Assembly (NCBI GenBank): GCA_016839365.1
Contig: JAEOUH010000010.1
Location: 1 to 57,405 of the forward strand
Reading direction: 5' to 3'
DNA from: Candidatus Hermodarchaeota archaeon
Lineage (GTDB): Archaea > Asgardarchaeota > Hermodarchaeia > Hermodarchaeales > Hermodarchaeaceae
Length of the DNA stretch: 57,405 nt
Part shown: positions 46,650 through 56,170 of the stretch, piece by piece
How positions within the stretch are numbered: position 1 is the stretch's first letter
How the letters are laid out: each line of letters opens with the position of its first letter
Made by a program: the position numbers and the translations under genes
Notes under the pieces: model-generated
The model's database searches: none
What the model saw: the letters and a program-made list of their open reading frames with translations, nothing else
Told to the model about the DNA's origin: nothing

Positions 46650-47534
46650 TTAAAGCAGCTTGGCTAGAACTGGATCCACCTTGACCCGATGCTGTTCGAA
46701 TCCGAGTTTCTGAGGAGGCGTTCCTACAGCTAAGTTGAGTAGTTCGGGATAATAAAAAACGGGAAGCGGTGTCTTATCTTCAACGTCTCGTAAGGCAAGG
46801 CGTTGCATCAAGTCGAATTGAAGGGTACAGGCGGGGCAGATTAGCACTAAAGCTTCAGCCCCTGCTCGTTTCATGTTTTCCAGTTTTATCCCTGTCATCT
46901 TCAAGGCAAGGTCCCGATCAGCAGGACGTGTTCCATACCCACAACAATCCATCTCATCGGGAAACTGGACAGTCTTAGCTCCTAGCGCACGAACAAGTTG
47001 ATGTAAAATTGTGGGTCGTTGGGCATCATCAACGTTTAGCAGATTGCTGGGACGAAGGATGTGGCATCCAACATGCACTGCGACGGTCAGATCCTTGAGA
47101 GGATAAATGACTGACTCAGCAATGGTTCCAAATCCGATATCTTCGAAGAGTAGTTGAATGAAGTGCTTCACTTTAACGGTGCCCTTGTACTCATGACCAG
47201 TTTGGGCTAGAATCGTGTTGACTTCTTCACGAAGTTCCTTATCATCATGTAAACATACGGCGGAGCCTTTCAGCATCTCGAAGCACCCGTTACAGGGAGT
47301 AAGAATGTCCATTCCCTGCTTTTCTGCCACGGCAAGGTTACGAGCAGAAATTACCAGAGCAGCATGATGATCAATATGGGGCAAGGTCAAGGGATTGGGG
47401 CAACAACTAAACCCGTCGATATCATGGGCATCGATTTCAAAATACTGTAAGGTCTCTCGCACCGCCACTTCCATGTAAGGGAGACGATTTGGAATCACAC
47501 ACCCCATATATAGGGCCCAGCTCGAATTGCTCAT
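46650..47534 (-). CDS. hdrB: Heterodisulfide reductase subunit B
   Basis: GC, SCC, ARNL, PCNGC, HVGCH, CCG, CPAC.LQFD. Confidence 0.92.
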   Translation of the reverse strand: MSNSSWALYMGCVIPNRLPYMEVAVRETLQYFEIDAHDIDGFSCCPNPLTLPHIDHHAALVISARNLAVAEKQGMDILTPCNGCFEMLKGSAVCLHDDKELREEVNTILAQTGHEYKGTVKVKHFIQLLFEDIGFGTIAESVIYPLKDLTVAVHVGCHILRPSNLLNVDDAQRPTILHQLVRALGAKTVQFPDEMDCCGYGTRPADRDLALKMTGIKLENMKRAGAEALVLICPACTLQFDLMQRLALRDVEDKTPLPVFYYPELLNLAVGTPPQKLGFEQHRVKVDPVLAKLL

Positions 47535-48091
47535 GACATTCCGCCTCCTTCTTCAGTGACTGAGAGTGCTTGTTCCTCCTCTGCCTTTCGCTGTTTCACC
47601 TTCTCAAGGCGTTCTTGAAGGTTGGTAGCTTTTGCGATTTTCTGTAGGTCTTTCGCCCCATGGTTATCTATGGGGATGGGTGGTAAGCCGAGTTCAGACC
47701 GTTTTTTATTCGCCTGTTCACTCGGTGCAAGAGCCCAACCAGTGGTCAAGATATTCTCAACTTCTGCGACAATATCTTCTGGAGTGATTCCCATCGAGCT
47801 AGCAAGGTTTTGCAGATCTTTAATCAGCTCAGATACTGGCACCTTCTGGGGACAGTGTTCTAAACACGCATGACAACTCGTACACAACCATAGAGTTGGT
47901 TCTGCAAGTAAAGTCGCGGCTTCGCCTTCAAGGGTGGCTTTCACAACGCGTCGGGGATGATAAGTTTCAGGTCCGGTTAAACGGGAAATCGGACACGCGG
48001 CTACGCAGGTGCCACAGGCAAAACAACTCTTGGTGTCAACGCGCTTTGCTAGTTTCGCCGATATTTCTTCGAGGTGTTTTTCCACGTTCAT
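47531..48091 (-). CDS. hdrC: Heterodisulfide reductase subunit C
   Basis: CFACGTCVAACP, LWLCTSCHACLEHCP, R.ELGLP. Confidence 0.92.
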   Translation of the reverse strand: MNVEKHLEEISAKLAKRVDTKSCFACGTCVAACPISRLTGPETYHPRRVVKATLEGEAATLLAEPTLWLCTSCHACLEHCPQKVPVSELIKDLQNLASSMGITPEDIVAEVENILTTGWALAPSEQANKKRSELGLPPIPIDNHGAKDLQKIAKATNLQERLEKVKQRKAEEEQALSVTEEGGGMS

Positions 48092-50640
48092 TTCACCTTC
48101 ACCTTAGTAGCCTTCGGCTCTGCCTTTGCCTTATTTTTTGTAGCAGGTTTTTCCTTTTTCATTAGCTTCTGGAGCCGGGCCTCAATCTCGGGTAGGATTC
48201 GTTTGTTTTCTTCAATTATGAAATCACGACCCATCTCTTTGAGCTGTTCTGCCATTTCAGTTGTCACAGCCGCCCATTTATCACCTTCCGCGGCTGACAC
48301 CCATTCCAACCTGAAACGACGTGAATCCATACCAATCCGCTCTAGGTAGGCAGACATACGTTTCGCCCGTTTCTCTGCCCAAACGTTTCCACTGATGTAG
48401 TGGCAGTCACTGCCTGTTTCAGTGAGTCGACACCCAGACATAAGTACCATACCGGCACCCAATCGAAACGCCTCGAGAATGAACTGGTCCGACATCCGCC
48501 CGGAACACATCACGCGGATTCCCCGGACATTGGTGGGGTAGTTATAGCGACTGATTCCAGCTAAATCAGCTCCAGCATAACTGCACCAGTTACATAGCAT
48601 AGCGAATATTTTGTCTTCAGGATTCTCTTTCAAAAGAGCACGAATTTGATCCATAATCTGGGCATCTGTGAAGTGCATTTGAGTAATGGCATTTGCGGGA
48701 CATTCAGCAACGCAGGTTCCGCAACCGTGACATTTTGCAGGAGTAACAAAGGCTGCTTTTCCGGGTTCAGCAGTTATTGCTCCGTAGGCACAACGAGAGA
48801 CACAGATGCCACATTTACCAGTGGCGCTACGGCAGAGTTCCGGGTCGACAATTGCTACGATGGGTTCGATTTCCCATTCATCCTGGGTAATAATACGAAG
48901 GGCGCGGGATGCGGCAGCGCTGCCTTGCGCGACGCTGGCAGGGATATCTTTGGGACCTTGGGCAGACCCACAGAAGAAGACACCTTCTGTGGCGGCATCG
49001 ACTGGTTTGAGTTTGGGATGAGCCTCCATGTAGAAGCCTGAGGGTCCGAGAGGTACATTTAGGACACGGGCGAGGTCTTCGGTGCCTTTGCTTGGAACTG
49101 CGGCCGTGCTAAGGATAACCATTTCATATTCTCGTTTGGTGAATTTTCCGGTGGCCATGTCCTCCGCTTGCACAAAGAGGTTGCGTGTTTGGGGATCTTC
49201 TGTTATATTTGCGGGGCGACCTTGTTGGAAGCGGATGCCCGCGCGGCGAGCGCGTTGGTAGAATTCCTCATAATCTTTGAAGTTAGTACGAATATCCATG
49301 TAGTAGATGGTGATTGTAGCATCAGGGTATTTCTCGTGGAGCAAGAGGGCGTTTTTGATTGTGTACATACAGCAGAAGCCAGAACAGTAGATATTGGAGC
49401 GCTCGTCTCGACTTCCGACGCATTGGATGAAAGCGAAGCTGTGGGGCTTTGCTTGGTCGGAGGGGCGAATGACTTTGCCTTCTGTGGGTCCTGCAGCGTT
49501 GATGAGGCGCTCAAGCTCCATGGCTGTGATGACGTTGGGATAGACCCCGTATCCGTATTCAGTGATAGGTGTGGGATCATAGGGCTCGTAGCCGGTAGCG
49601 ACGATGATAGTGCCGATGTCGATTTCTCGGATTTTTTCTGTGTCATCGGGGATGATGGCTTCTTGTCCTGCTTTGTTACAGGCTTCATAGCACATCATAC
49701 ACTCCTTCGGGCTCAACCCAAGGCAGTGATCGGGGTCAATCATATAGGATGCTGGAACAGCTTGGGGATATGGGATGTAAATTGCATGACGCCATCCTAA
49801 ATTCGCGTCAAAGTTATTTGGTACAAGTACGGGGCATACTTGTTGGCAGTCACCACAGCTGTTGCACTTATCGATATCGACATAGCGGGGGCGTTGAGTC
49901 ACCTGGACTTTAAAATTACCTACAAAGCCTTCCACCTTGGTGACTTCAGCATTAGTAATGAGTTCAATATTTGGGTGACGAGCCACCTCAGCCATCTTCG
50001 GACCTAATATACAAATACTACAATCAAGCGTGGGAAATGTCTTATCGAGGAGGGCCATGATGCCACCAACGGTGGGTGATCTTTCTACAAGATACACTTT
50101 GTATCCGGCATCAGCAATATCGAGTGCGGCGTGAATGCCGGAGACGCCTCCTCCAATAACTAGGGTTGTGTGAGTGACGGGGACCTTGAGGACTTCCAGT
50201 GGTTCCAAGTGGTGGGCTTTAGCTACAGCGCTAGCGATGAGGTCAGCAGCTTTTACTTGACAGCCTTCGGGGTCGCTAGCGTGACACCAGGTGCCTTGAT
50301 CCCTGATGTTGGCCATCTCAAAGAAGAATTGATTTAGCCCAGCATCTTCGGTGCACCGTCGGAATGTAGGTTCGTGCATGCGGGGAGTACAAGCTGCGAC
50401 TACGACTCGATCCAGGTTTTCTTCTTTGACGATACGTTTGATTTCTTCTTGACCTGGGTCAGCACATGTAAATTTGTTAACCTTGGTCGCTACGACGCCA
50501 TCCAGTTTTGCTGCGCCTTCAGCGAGAGAATGGCAATCGACAACACCGGCGATGTTGCGTCCGCATTCGCAGACGAACACACCAATACGGGGTTTTTCTT
50601 CTCTGGGTTGTTTGGTTTTTGCGATGGCGGCCACCACCAT
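48088..50640 (-). CDS. hdrA: Heterodisulfide reductase subunit A fused to a C-terminal MvhD domain
   Basis: GVFVCECG.NI, AACTP..HE, NIRDQ..W.H, VIGGG..G, LDKTFPTLDC, QCVGSR, CS..CC; C-terminal CNWCSYAGAD...RVMCSGR...CHY.SGN...WVSAAEG (MvhD). Confidence 0.95.
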   Translation of the reverse strand: MVVAAIAKTKQPREEKPRIGVFVCECGRNIAGVVDCHSLAEGAAKLDGVVATKVNKFTCADPGQEEIKRIVKEENLDRVVVAACTPRMHEPTFRRCTEDAGLNQFFFEMANIRDQGTWCHASDPEGCQVKAADLIASAVAKAHHLEPLEVLKVPVTHTTLVIGGGVSGIHAALDIADAGYKVYLVERSPTVGGIMALLDKTFPTLDCSICILGPKMAEVARHPNIELITNAEVTKVEGFVGNFKVQVTQRPRYVDIDKCNSCGDCQQVCPVLVPNNFDANLGWRHAIYIPYPQAVPASYMIDPDHCLGLSPKECMMCYEACNKAGQEAIIPDDTEKIREIDIGTIIVATGYEPYDPTPITEYGYGVYPNVITAMELERLINAAGPTEGKVIRPSDQAKPHSFAFIQCVGSRDERSNIYCSGFCCMYTIKNALLLHEKYPDATITIYYMDIRTNFKDYEEFYQRARRAGIRFQQGRPANITEDPQTRNLFVQAEDMATGKFTKREYEMVILSTAAVPSKGTEDLARVLNVPLGPSGFYMEAHPKLKPVDAATEGVFFCGSAQGPKDIPASVAQGSAAASRALRIITQDEWEIEPIVAIVDPELCRSATGKCGICVSRCAYGAITAEPGKAAFVTPAKCHGCGTCVAECPANAITQMHFTDAQIMDQIRALLKENPEDKIFAMLCNWCSYAGADLAGISRYNYPTNVRGIRVMCSGRMSDQFILEAFRLGAGMVLMSGCRLTETGSDCHYISGNVWAEKRAKRMSAYLERIGMDSRRFRLEWVSAAEGDKWAAVTTEMAEQLKEMGRDFIIEENKRILPEIEARLQKLMKKEKPATKNKAKAEPKATKVKVK

Positions 50641-50704
50641 TTCTTCTCAAATTCACTCTGCTTACACTAAATATTTTTGCAACTTCCATCATAGGGTTGC
50701 CAAA

Positions 50705-50800
50705 AAAGAAGATAATATTATCAAATGTGTTCAATATACTTGTCACTTTTACTAACTTTGTGAGGAAGGGTCACCTGCATTATAATATCATTATCAGAAA
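50705..50800. promoter_or_regulatory. GATAAT-type palindromes upstream of hdrA
   Basis: Perfect palindrome gataatattatc at 50711-50722; ataat-atc-attat at 50782-50794. Confidence 0.35.
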
Positions 50801-50842
50801 TTAGTACTTTTCAGAAATTTTTTGGAAAAAAAGACTAACACT

Positions 50843-51394
50843 TCAAAATGCCATACCGGCTGCTTCCCGTGTTGGGAATTTTTCAGCAAGGATTTGGGTG
50901 ACGGCATCAAAGACATCTTCTACACCACGCCCTTCTTTGGCTGATGCTTCAATGAAGGGTGCATTGTACTGGGCAGCATATTCGATTCCTTCCTGGAGTG
51001 TGACCAGGGGTCTGCTAGCACCGAGGGTATCCCTTAAATCACATTTATTTCCAACAATGATCAAGGGACAACGAGGAACGGATTGATACAGACTGGTAAT
51101 CCAATCATTCAAGCGTTCCATAGTATAACGACTAGAAATGTCAAAAACCGCAATGGCAAGCCGGGCACCTCTAAAGTAGCTGATGGCTAAGTCGCGAAAC
51201 CGGATTTGACCTCCCAGGTCCCAGATTTGTAGTGTAGCCGCCCATTCGCCTTGTTGCACGTTCTTGGCAGCGAAGTCGACGCCCACGGTGAGTTTCATAT
51301 TTTCATCGAAGGTGTTCCAGGTGTACCGTTTAATGAGACTCGTTTTTCCCACTCCGCCTTCGCCTATGAGAACGATTTTGAGTATCCCTATCAC
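50843..51394 (-). CDS. Rab-like small GTPase
   Basis: GEGGVGKT, TVGVDF, LQIWDLGGQ.RF, YFRGA, GNKCD, EASAK; no C-terminal Cys prenylation motif. Confidence 0.93.
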   Translation of the reverse strand: MIGILKIVLIGEGGVGKTSLIKRYTWNTFDENMKLTVGVDFAAKNVQQGEWAATLQIWDLGGQIRFRDLAISYFRGARLAIAVFDISSRYTMERLNDWITSLYQSVPRCPLIIVGNKCDLRDTLGASRPLVTLQEGIEYAAQYNAPFIEASAKEGRGVEDVFDAVTQILAEKFPTREAAGMAF

Positions 51395-51412
51395 CGTTGC
51401 TGCCTCATGGTT

Positions 51413-51702
51413 TTACGCTGTCACAGGTTCAGTTTTAGCTTTTTCCCTATCAAGGAATCGGTCTAACCACCCAGTTGTTTGTTTTGCGGCAATGACAAGG
51501 ATGTCGTCACCGGCACGTTGCATGAGAAGAAGACAAGGCGCGACAGCGAGTTGGTCGATATATCTTCCAACATTTTAGTTGGCGAAACCTGAATGGCTGA
51601 AATGAATACGCCAACCTTGGCTTCGGAAGATTCGATACTTCCCAGTTTCACGGTAAAGACGGGTTCTCCGCTGGGTGTGATGAGGAAAACGTTGTGGATC
51701 AT
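51413..51702 (-). pseudogene. Disrupted longin-like domain gene (frameshift plus premature stop)
   Basis: MIHNVFLITPSGEPVF...GVFISAIQ, then a frameshift near 51587 gives FAN*NVGRYIDQLAVAPCLLLMQRAGDDILVIAA...*. Confidence 0.6.
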
Positions 51703-51727
51703 GATCATTCGCCTAGATTCGATTGAG

Positions 51728-51970
51728 TCAACCCTTTCCCTTATCAATAGCAGATTTTTTCGATTTAGTCTCTTGGACGATTGGTTCCGCTTCGCGGATC
51801 TGGAAGTTTCTGTCAACGAAGAGTACGCTTTGATGACCATTCGAGCAAGACGCGGTGATTAGCACGAGAACACGCGATGCGTTGAGAATTGCCTCTTCTT
51901 CGACGGTTATATCCCTGATGAAGGTCCCGCAGGTGTGGCTTGGATGCCGTGGTAGTGCCCGTTGGGTCAT
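51728..51970 (-). CDS. Small hypothetical protein, possibly Cys/His metal-binding and possibly degraded
   Basis: TCG...CSNGHQSVLFVDRNFQIR; co-oriented immediately upstream of the longin remnant and Rab gene. Confidence 0.5.
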   Translation of the reverse strand: MTQRALPRHPSHTCGTFIRDITVEEEAILNASRVLVLITASCSNGHQSVLFVDRNFQIREAEPIVQETKSKKSAIDKGKG

Positions 51971-52180
51971 GGCTGGTCACTTGTGCTTTCGTTCCCCAGA
52001 TGAGTAAGTAATTTCGACTCTGATAGCTTTTGTTTAATACCTTTCTCTCGTTGTTGTCTTCGATTTCGGTTTCTGAAGAATTCGTGGGACCTATTGAAGT
52101 TTTTGTAAATTAAGTAATTATCTTCAAGGATTCATGAATCCTGGCGTTTAAGCAAACCCTAGTGAGTACTGGGCTTATAC

Positions 52181-53572
52181 CTATAGAATAGTCAAGTCTT
52201 TCAGTGCAGCCTTGAGTGACTCTTCAAAGACATCCACAGCTTGATCTGCTTGGTCTTCAGAGATTGTCAAAGGAGGTTTGATTTTTACGACGTTTCTTTG
52301 GAAGGTCAGATGGCGCATAAATGGCATACTGAGATCATAGATGACGCCACGCTTCAATCCTTCACGGACGATGGTATCGGCCAGTGAATTGGCGGGTTCT
52401 TTAGTGTCTCGATCCTTGACCATTTCAACGCCAATGAATAGGCCAGGTCCGCGAATATCGCCAATATGATCATTTGCTTTTTGAAGTTCTTGAAGTCGTT
52501 TGGTAATGTGATTCCCTAATTTTTCAGCACGCCTTGGCAAATTTAGGCGTTGGATAATCTCAATGTTGATGAGCGCGGCCGCCATTATAAGGGGGCTACT
52601 TCCGAATGTGCTATGCTCTTCGGCCGGCGTGAAGCTGCCATATTTTTCATCAGCCAAGGTAGCACCGATGGGGAGTCCACCCCCAAGTGCTTTGGTGAGA
52701 GCCATCATGTCTGGTGTGACCTTGTATATTTCGGAGGCAAACATTTTACCAACGCGACCAAAGGCCGTTTGGGATTCATCGAAAATGAGCGCCACTTGCA
52801 TTTCATTGCAGAGTTTTCGGATGCCTTCTATGTATCGTTGGGGGGCAACCACTTGACCGCCGGGTCCTTGCATGGGCTCAATTATAATCCCTGCAATTGG
52901 TGTATTTGTCCCATACATGATTAGATTCTGGAGGTACTGGAGGCATTCGAGGTCACAATTCGCTGGGTCTTGGTTGCCTTGGCACCGGTAGCAATAGGGG
53001 TAGGGAGCTTTCATGAAGTGCTGGAGTCCAATGTTAGGAAACCGAATAAGGGGATTAGGCATCCAGTTGCTTGCCGAGATAGTGGCGAGGGTAGCACCAT
53101 GATAGCCCAGCCAATGAGTGATGAATAAGGATGCACCAGGTTTGTGAATCATTGACAACTTCATGGCAGCTTCGATGGCAGTAGAGCCTCCCTGATTCTG
53201 GATAGATACCTTTTTCAAAGAACCTGGAGCGATTTCGCTGAGCTTATTTACGAGTTTAATACGCGGAATAGTAGGGTATCCGTATCGGACATGTGTGAGA
53301 CGCTCAGCTTGAAATTGGGTGGCGTAGATGACATCGGGATTAACGTAACCGACATTAAGAGTCCAAGCCTGACTCGTGCAATCGAGATACTCATTCCCGT
53401 CTAAATCCTTGACCGTTGCGCCACCTGGTGTCCCACTGAATAGAAGCATTTCTTTAAGGGGGGTAAGGATATGAGAGTTGCATTCTTCGATTTCCTCCTC
53501 GGTGACATTAGTGAGCATTTCAGCAATCTCGTTTTCAGTTAGGACCTTTGGTTTCAATATAACATCACCCAC
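52181..53572 (-). CDS. Class III PLP aminotransferase (GABA/ornithine aminotransferase-like)
   Basis: D.DGNEYLD, YHGAT, EPMQG.GG, DESQTAFGR.G, PD...LTKALGGG, STFG, RG.GL..GVE, PPL. Confidence 0.93.
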   Translation of the reverse strand: MGDVILKPKVLTENEIAEMLTNVTEEEIEECNSHILTPLKEMLLFSGTPGGATVKDLDGNEYLDCTSQAWTLNVGYVNPDVIYATQFQAERLTHVRYGYPTIPRIKLVNKLSEIAPGSLKKVSIQNQGGSTAIEAAMKLSMIHKPGASLFITHWLGYHGATLATISASNWMPNPLIRFPNIGLQHFMKAPYPYCYRCQGNQDPANCDLECLQYLQNLIMYGTNTPIAGIIIEPMQGPGGQVVAPQRYIEGIRKLCNEMQVALIFDESQTAFGRVGKMFASEIYKVTPDMMALTKALGGGLPIGATLADEKYGSFTPAEEHSTFGSSPLIMAAALINIEIIQRLNLPRRAEKLGNHITKRLQELQKANDHIGDIRGPGLFIGVEMVKDRDTKEPANSLADTIVREGLKRGVIYDLSMPFMRHLTFQRNVVKIKPPLTISEDQADQAVDVFEESLKAALKDLTIL

Positions 53573-53635
53573 GCCGCCTATGTGGAATTCATATTCAAAA
53601 GACTGCGCATTGTTGAAAGTTAGACCTCAAATGTG

Positions 53636-54190
53636 TCACTGGAATATTTGCTGAATTATCGCGGATAACGCTTCGGTGACATTATATCCATTGAGAGCAA
53701 TTGATGGAAACACGTGGATGCCATTGTGCACATCTAATGCATCAGTAATGCGTTGACGATTAAGCACATTAGGAAGATCTGTTTTATTGAGCATGATCAC
53801 TACAGGAAGTTCACGGCCAAGCTTGTTGCCATAGAAGCTCTTCAACTCATTCCAAGACCGGACATTGTCCTCAAGTAAATGTGACTGAATATCCGCGACA
53901 AAGATTATGCCATCAGCGCCAGCAAGCACTGTGGAGCGAGTTTCGGCATAGTAGTCTTGCCCAGTGGCAGACCAAATATACATTCGAAGAGTCCAATCAT
54001 TACGTGTCAATTCAAGGGATCCAAAATCAAAGAAGAGGGTTCGTCCAGTAGTAGTTTCGATGGATTCGATTTTGTCATATTGGTTCAGCTTCTTAAACAA
54101 TGTTTGAATGCTCGTGGTTTTGCCGCTCATGGCAGGACCATAATAGACTATCTTCGATTGGATAACTTTACTACTCCAGTCAATTAACAA
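53636..54190 (-). CDS. mglA: MglA-family small GTPase
   Basis: KIVYYGPAMSGKTT, GRTLFFDF, ATGQ.YY...R..VL.GADG..FVAD, NKTD. Confidence 0.9.
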   Translation of the reverse strand: MLIDWSSKVIQSKIVYYGPAMSGKTTSIQTLFKKLNQYDKIESIETTTGRTLFFDFGSLELTRNDWTLRMYIWSATGQDYYAETRSTVLAGADGIIFVADIQSHLLEDNVRSWNELKSFYGNKLGRELPVVIMLNKTDLPNVLNRQRITDALDVHNGIHVFPSIALNGYNVTEALSAIIQQIFQ

Positions 54191-54197
54191 CTTGATA

Positions 54198-55163
54198 TCA
54201 ACCCGTCAAGGTCTGTTGCTTAAAAGTGGAGAAAAAACCATTTAGAAATCGGTTCATTGGTTGTTGTATTTTCGGTTTTTCAAAAGTCTGTGAGGCTTCA
54301 TTCAGGGTTTCTTCTATACGTGTTGTGTATGTTGGAATTAGAAGGCGAAGATACCCCAGGCGACAGTTACCTTTCTGCAGAGTCGTACTGAAAATCCCTG
54401 TCCCAGTGTTATAGATGAAATGGTGTTGTGAACCAATGTCTATGGTGACTTGATTAATGCTAGTGCGTTTGGTTATCCATGCAACTTTTTCACAAGTATC
54501 ATAAAGGGCATAGGTGAATGCACTTAAGCTACTGGTCGAGAATTCAAGCTGATTTTCAGGAGCAATTGGATAACCACCATTGAGCGAGATGAAAGTGGGA
54601 TGGGCGCCATCCATAAGATTGGTAAAATCCGCCATGAGCGCTCGAAGCTTAACCATCATAGGTTTCGTTAGCACAAGCGAGAGGGAACGGAGTGAAGGAC
54701 TTTGCGCATGGATGGGTTGTTCTTGTGCTTGGAATCGAGCCATGATCGAGGTTTCCTGGACCTTGGAGTAGCTTCGGAGCGGGGTGAGCGACCCTGCATT
54801 GAGAAGATGAGGATATATTCTTTGAATGCAGTGGTTGAGGGACTGGAGGATGACGCCCAAATTCGCTTGGGTTCGGGTGGTAAGCGATAAGAAGAACGCA
54901 TCATTTTCCGGGATGGCTACTACAAGGAATTTGGCCTGATCGCCTTCCACAAGTATATAGTTGAGGGTGCTGTAGAGACGTCGAGCCACAGCATTGATGG
55001 CAGATGCAGCGGCTGCAATTCCGAAGATTTCATCTTCAGACAACCAGAGGCCCGCGCTGGTTATAGGGTATCCATCTCGTTGGGCGAGAAAGCAGTTTTC
55101 TACACCTCTAATATTGCGAAGCTGCTCTAGCTCTGTTTGAATTTTACATACAGCATCCATCAT
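54198..55163 (-). CDS. Tandem roadblock/LC7 (MglB-like) domain protein
   Basis: Two repeats: LAQRDGYPI...NLGVI and FISLNGGYPI...RLGYL; 7 nt upstream of mglA. Confidence 0.8.
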   Translation of the reverse strand: MMDAVCKIQTELEQLRNIRGVENCFLAQRDGYPITSAGLWLSEDEIFGIAAAASAINAVARRLYSTLNYILVEGDQAKFLVVAIPENDAFFLSLTTRTQANLGVILQSLNHCIQRIYPHLLNAGSLTPLRSYSKVQETSIMARFQAQEQPIHAQSPSLRSLSLVLTKPMMVKLRALMADFTNLMDGAHPTFISLNGGYPIAPENQLEFSTSSLSAFTYALYDTCEKVAWITKRTSINQVTIDIGSQHHFIYNTGTGIFSTTLQKGNCRLGYLRLLIPTYTTRIEETLNEASQTFEKPKIQQPMNRFLNGFFSTFKQQTLTG

Positions 55164-55338
55164 GATTTACCCCGTTGGCTAGTAACTGTAGAACAACTCG
55201 GGTTAGTCTACTTAAAGGTCCAAAGCAAAGCTGAAGAAATGTCCCAGAAAATAGGTGAGGGAAGGGAATTCTTTGCACTAATAACACAAGTACGTTCTGG
55301 AGGAATCCTGAAATATCTCAGCATCGAACAGAAGGGGT

Positions 55339-56154
55339 ATGGGCGTGAGCAATATGAAGATAGCTGCAGTACAAATGCAACCCAGGTTCGCTCAACCGGA
55401 GAAAAACCGGATTCTCATCAGACGATATTGTGAGAGAGCAGCCAAACAAGATGTTGACCTGCTTGTATATCCCGAATTATGCGTATCGGGATATAACTTC
55501 GTTTCAAAGGATCAGGTCTTTAACCTAGCTGAATCGATCCCCGATGGCCCCACTACAACATCTCTAATCAACCTTGCTGATCAATATCAATTAACCGTGG
55601 TCATAGGAATCGCCGAAAGGGAAGGTTTGAACAAGGTGTTCAATTCCTCTGCGATAGTTAACCCCCGGGGGTTTGTAGGAAAGTATCGAAAGATACATCT
55701 TTTTGCCCGAGAAAAGGAATGGTTTCAAGCTGGTAACAACCCACCCAAGGTTTGGAGCCTTGGCAAGGCAATCATAGGGGTTTTGGTATGTTTTGATTGG
55801 GCATTTCCTGAGGCTACACGCATCCTAATGTTGGAAGGTTGTGAAATATTATGCTTGCCTGCGAATCTGGTCCTTCCATACGCACAACTAGCCATGATAT
55901 CTCGGAGCATCGAGAATCGCCTTTTCACAATCCTTGCCAACCGAATTGGAACGGAAAGAACCTTGACGTTCACCGGACGAAGTCAAATCACTGATACCCA
56001 TGGCAAGATACTCGCCCGAAGTGGTAAAGATCGCACAGGGCTTATAGTTGCAGAAATTGACCCACGTCAGGCCCGAAACAAAATGCTAACACCTACAAAT
56101 AATATCATCACAGATCGACGTGTGGATTTATACCACCGTCTTTTGCAGCCTTAG
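55339..56154 (+). CDS. Nitrilase/carbon-nitrogen hydrolase
   Basis: YPELC.SGY, YRKIHLF..EK and VCFDW.FPE supply the Glu-Lys-Cys triad. Confidence 0.93.
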   Translation: MGVSNMKIAAVQMQPRFAQPEKNRILIRRYCERAAKQDVDLLVYPELCVSGYNFVSKDQVFNLAESIPDGPTTTSLINLADQYQLTVVIGIAEREGLNKVFNSSAIVNPRGFVGKYRKIHLFAREKEWFQAGNNPPKVWSLGKAIIGVLVCFDWAFPEATRILMLEGCEILCLPANLVLPYAQLAMISRSIENRLFTILANRIGTERTLTFTGRSQITDTHGKILARSGKDRTGLIVAEIDPRQARNKMLTPTNNIITDRRVDLYHRLLQP

Positions 56155-56170
56155 ATAAAGACCGTAGTTA

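Noticed and set aside
48088-50640. Possible selenocysteine recoding in HdrA/MvhD
   Set aside because: The frame has no in-frame TGA; the candidate positions (LDCSIC, CNWCSY) are Cys codons.
51463-51840. 125-aa ORF as annotated in the track
   Set aside because: Chimeric reading: its first part overlaps the 80-aa gene out of frame, and its tail is the wrong frame of the frameshifted longin remnant.
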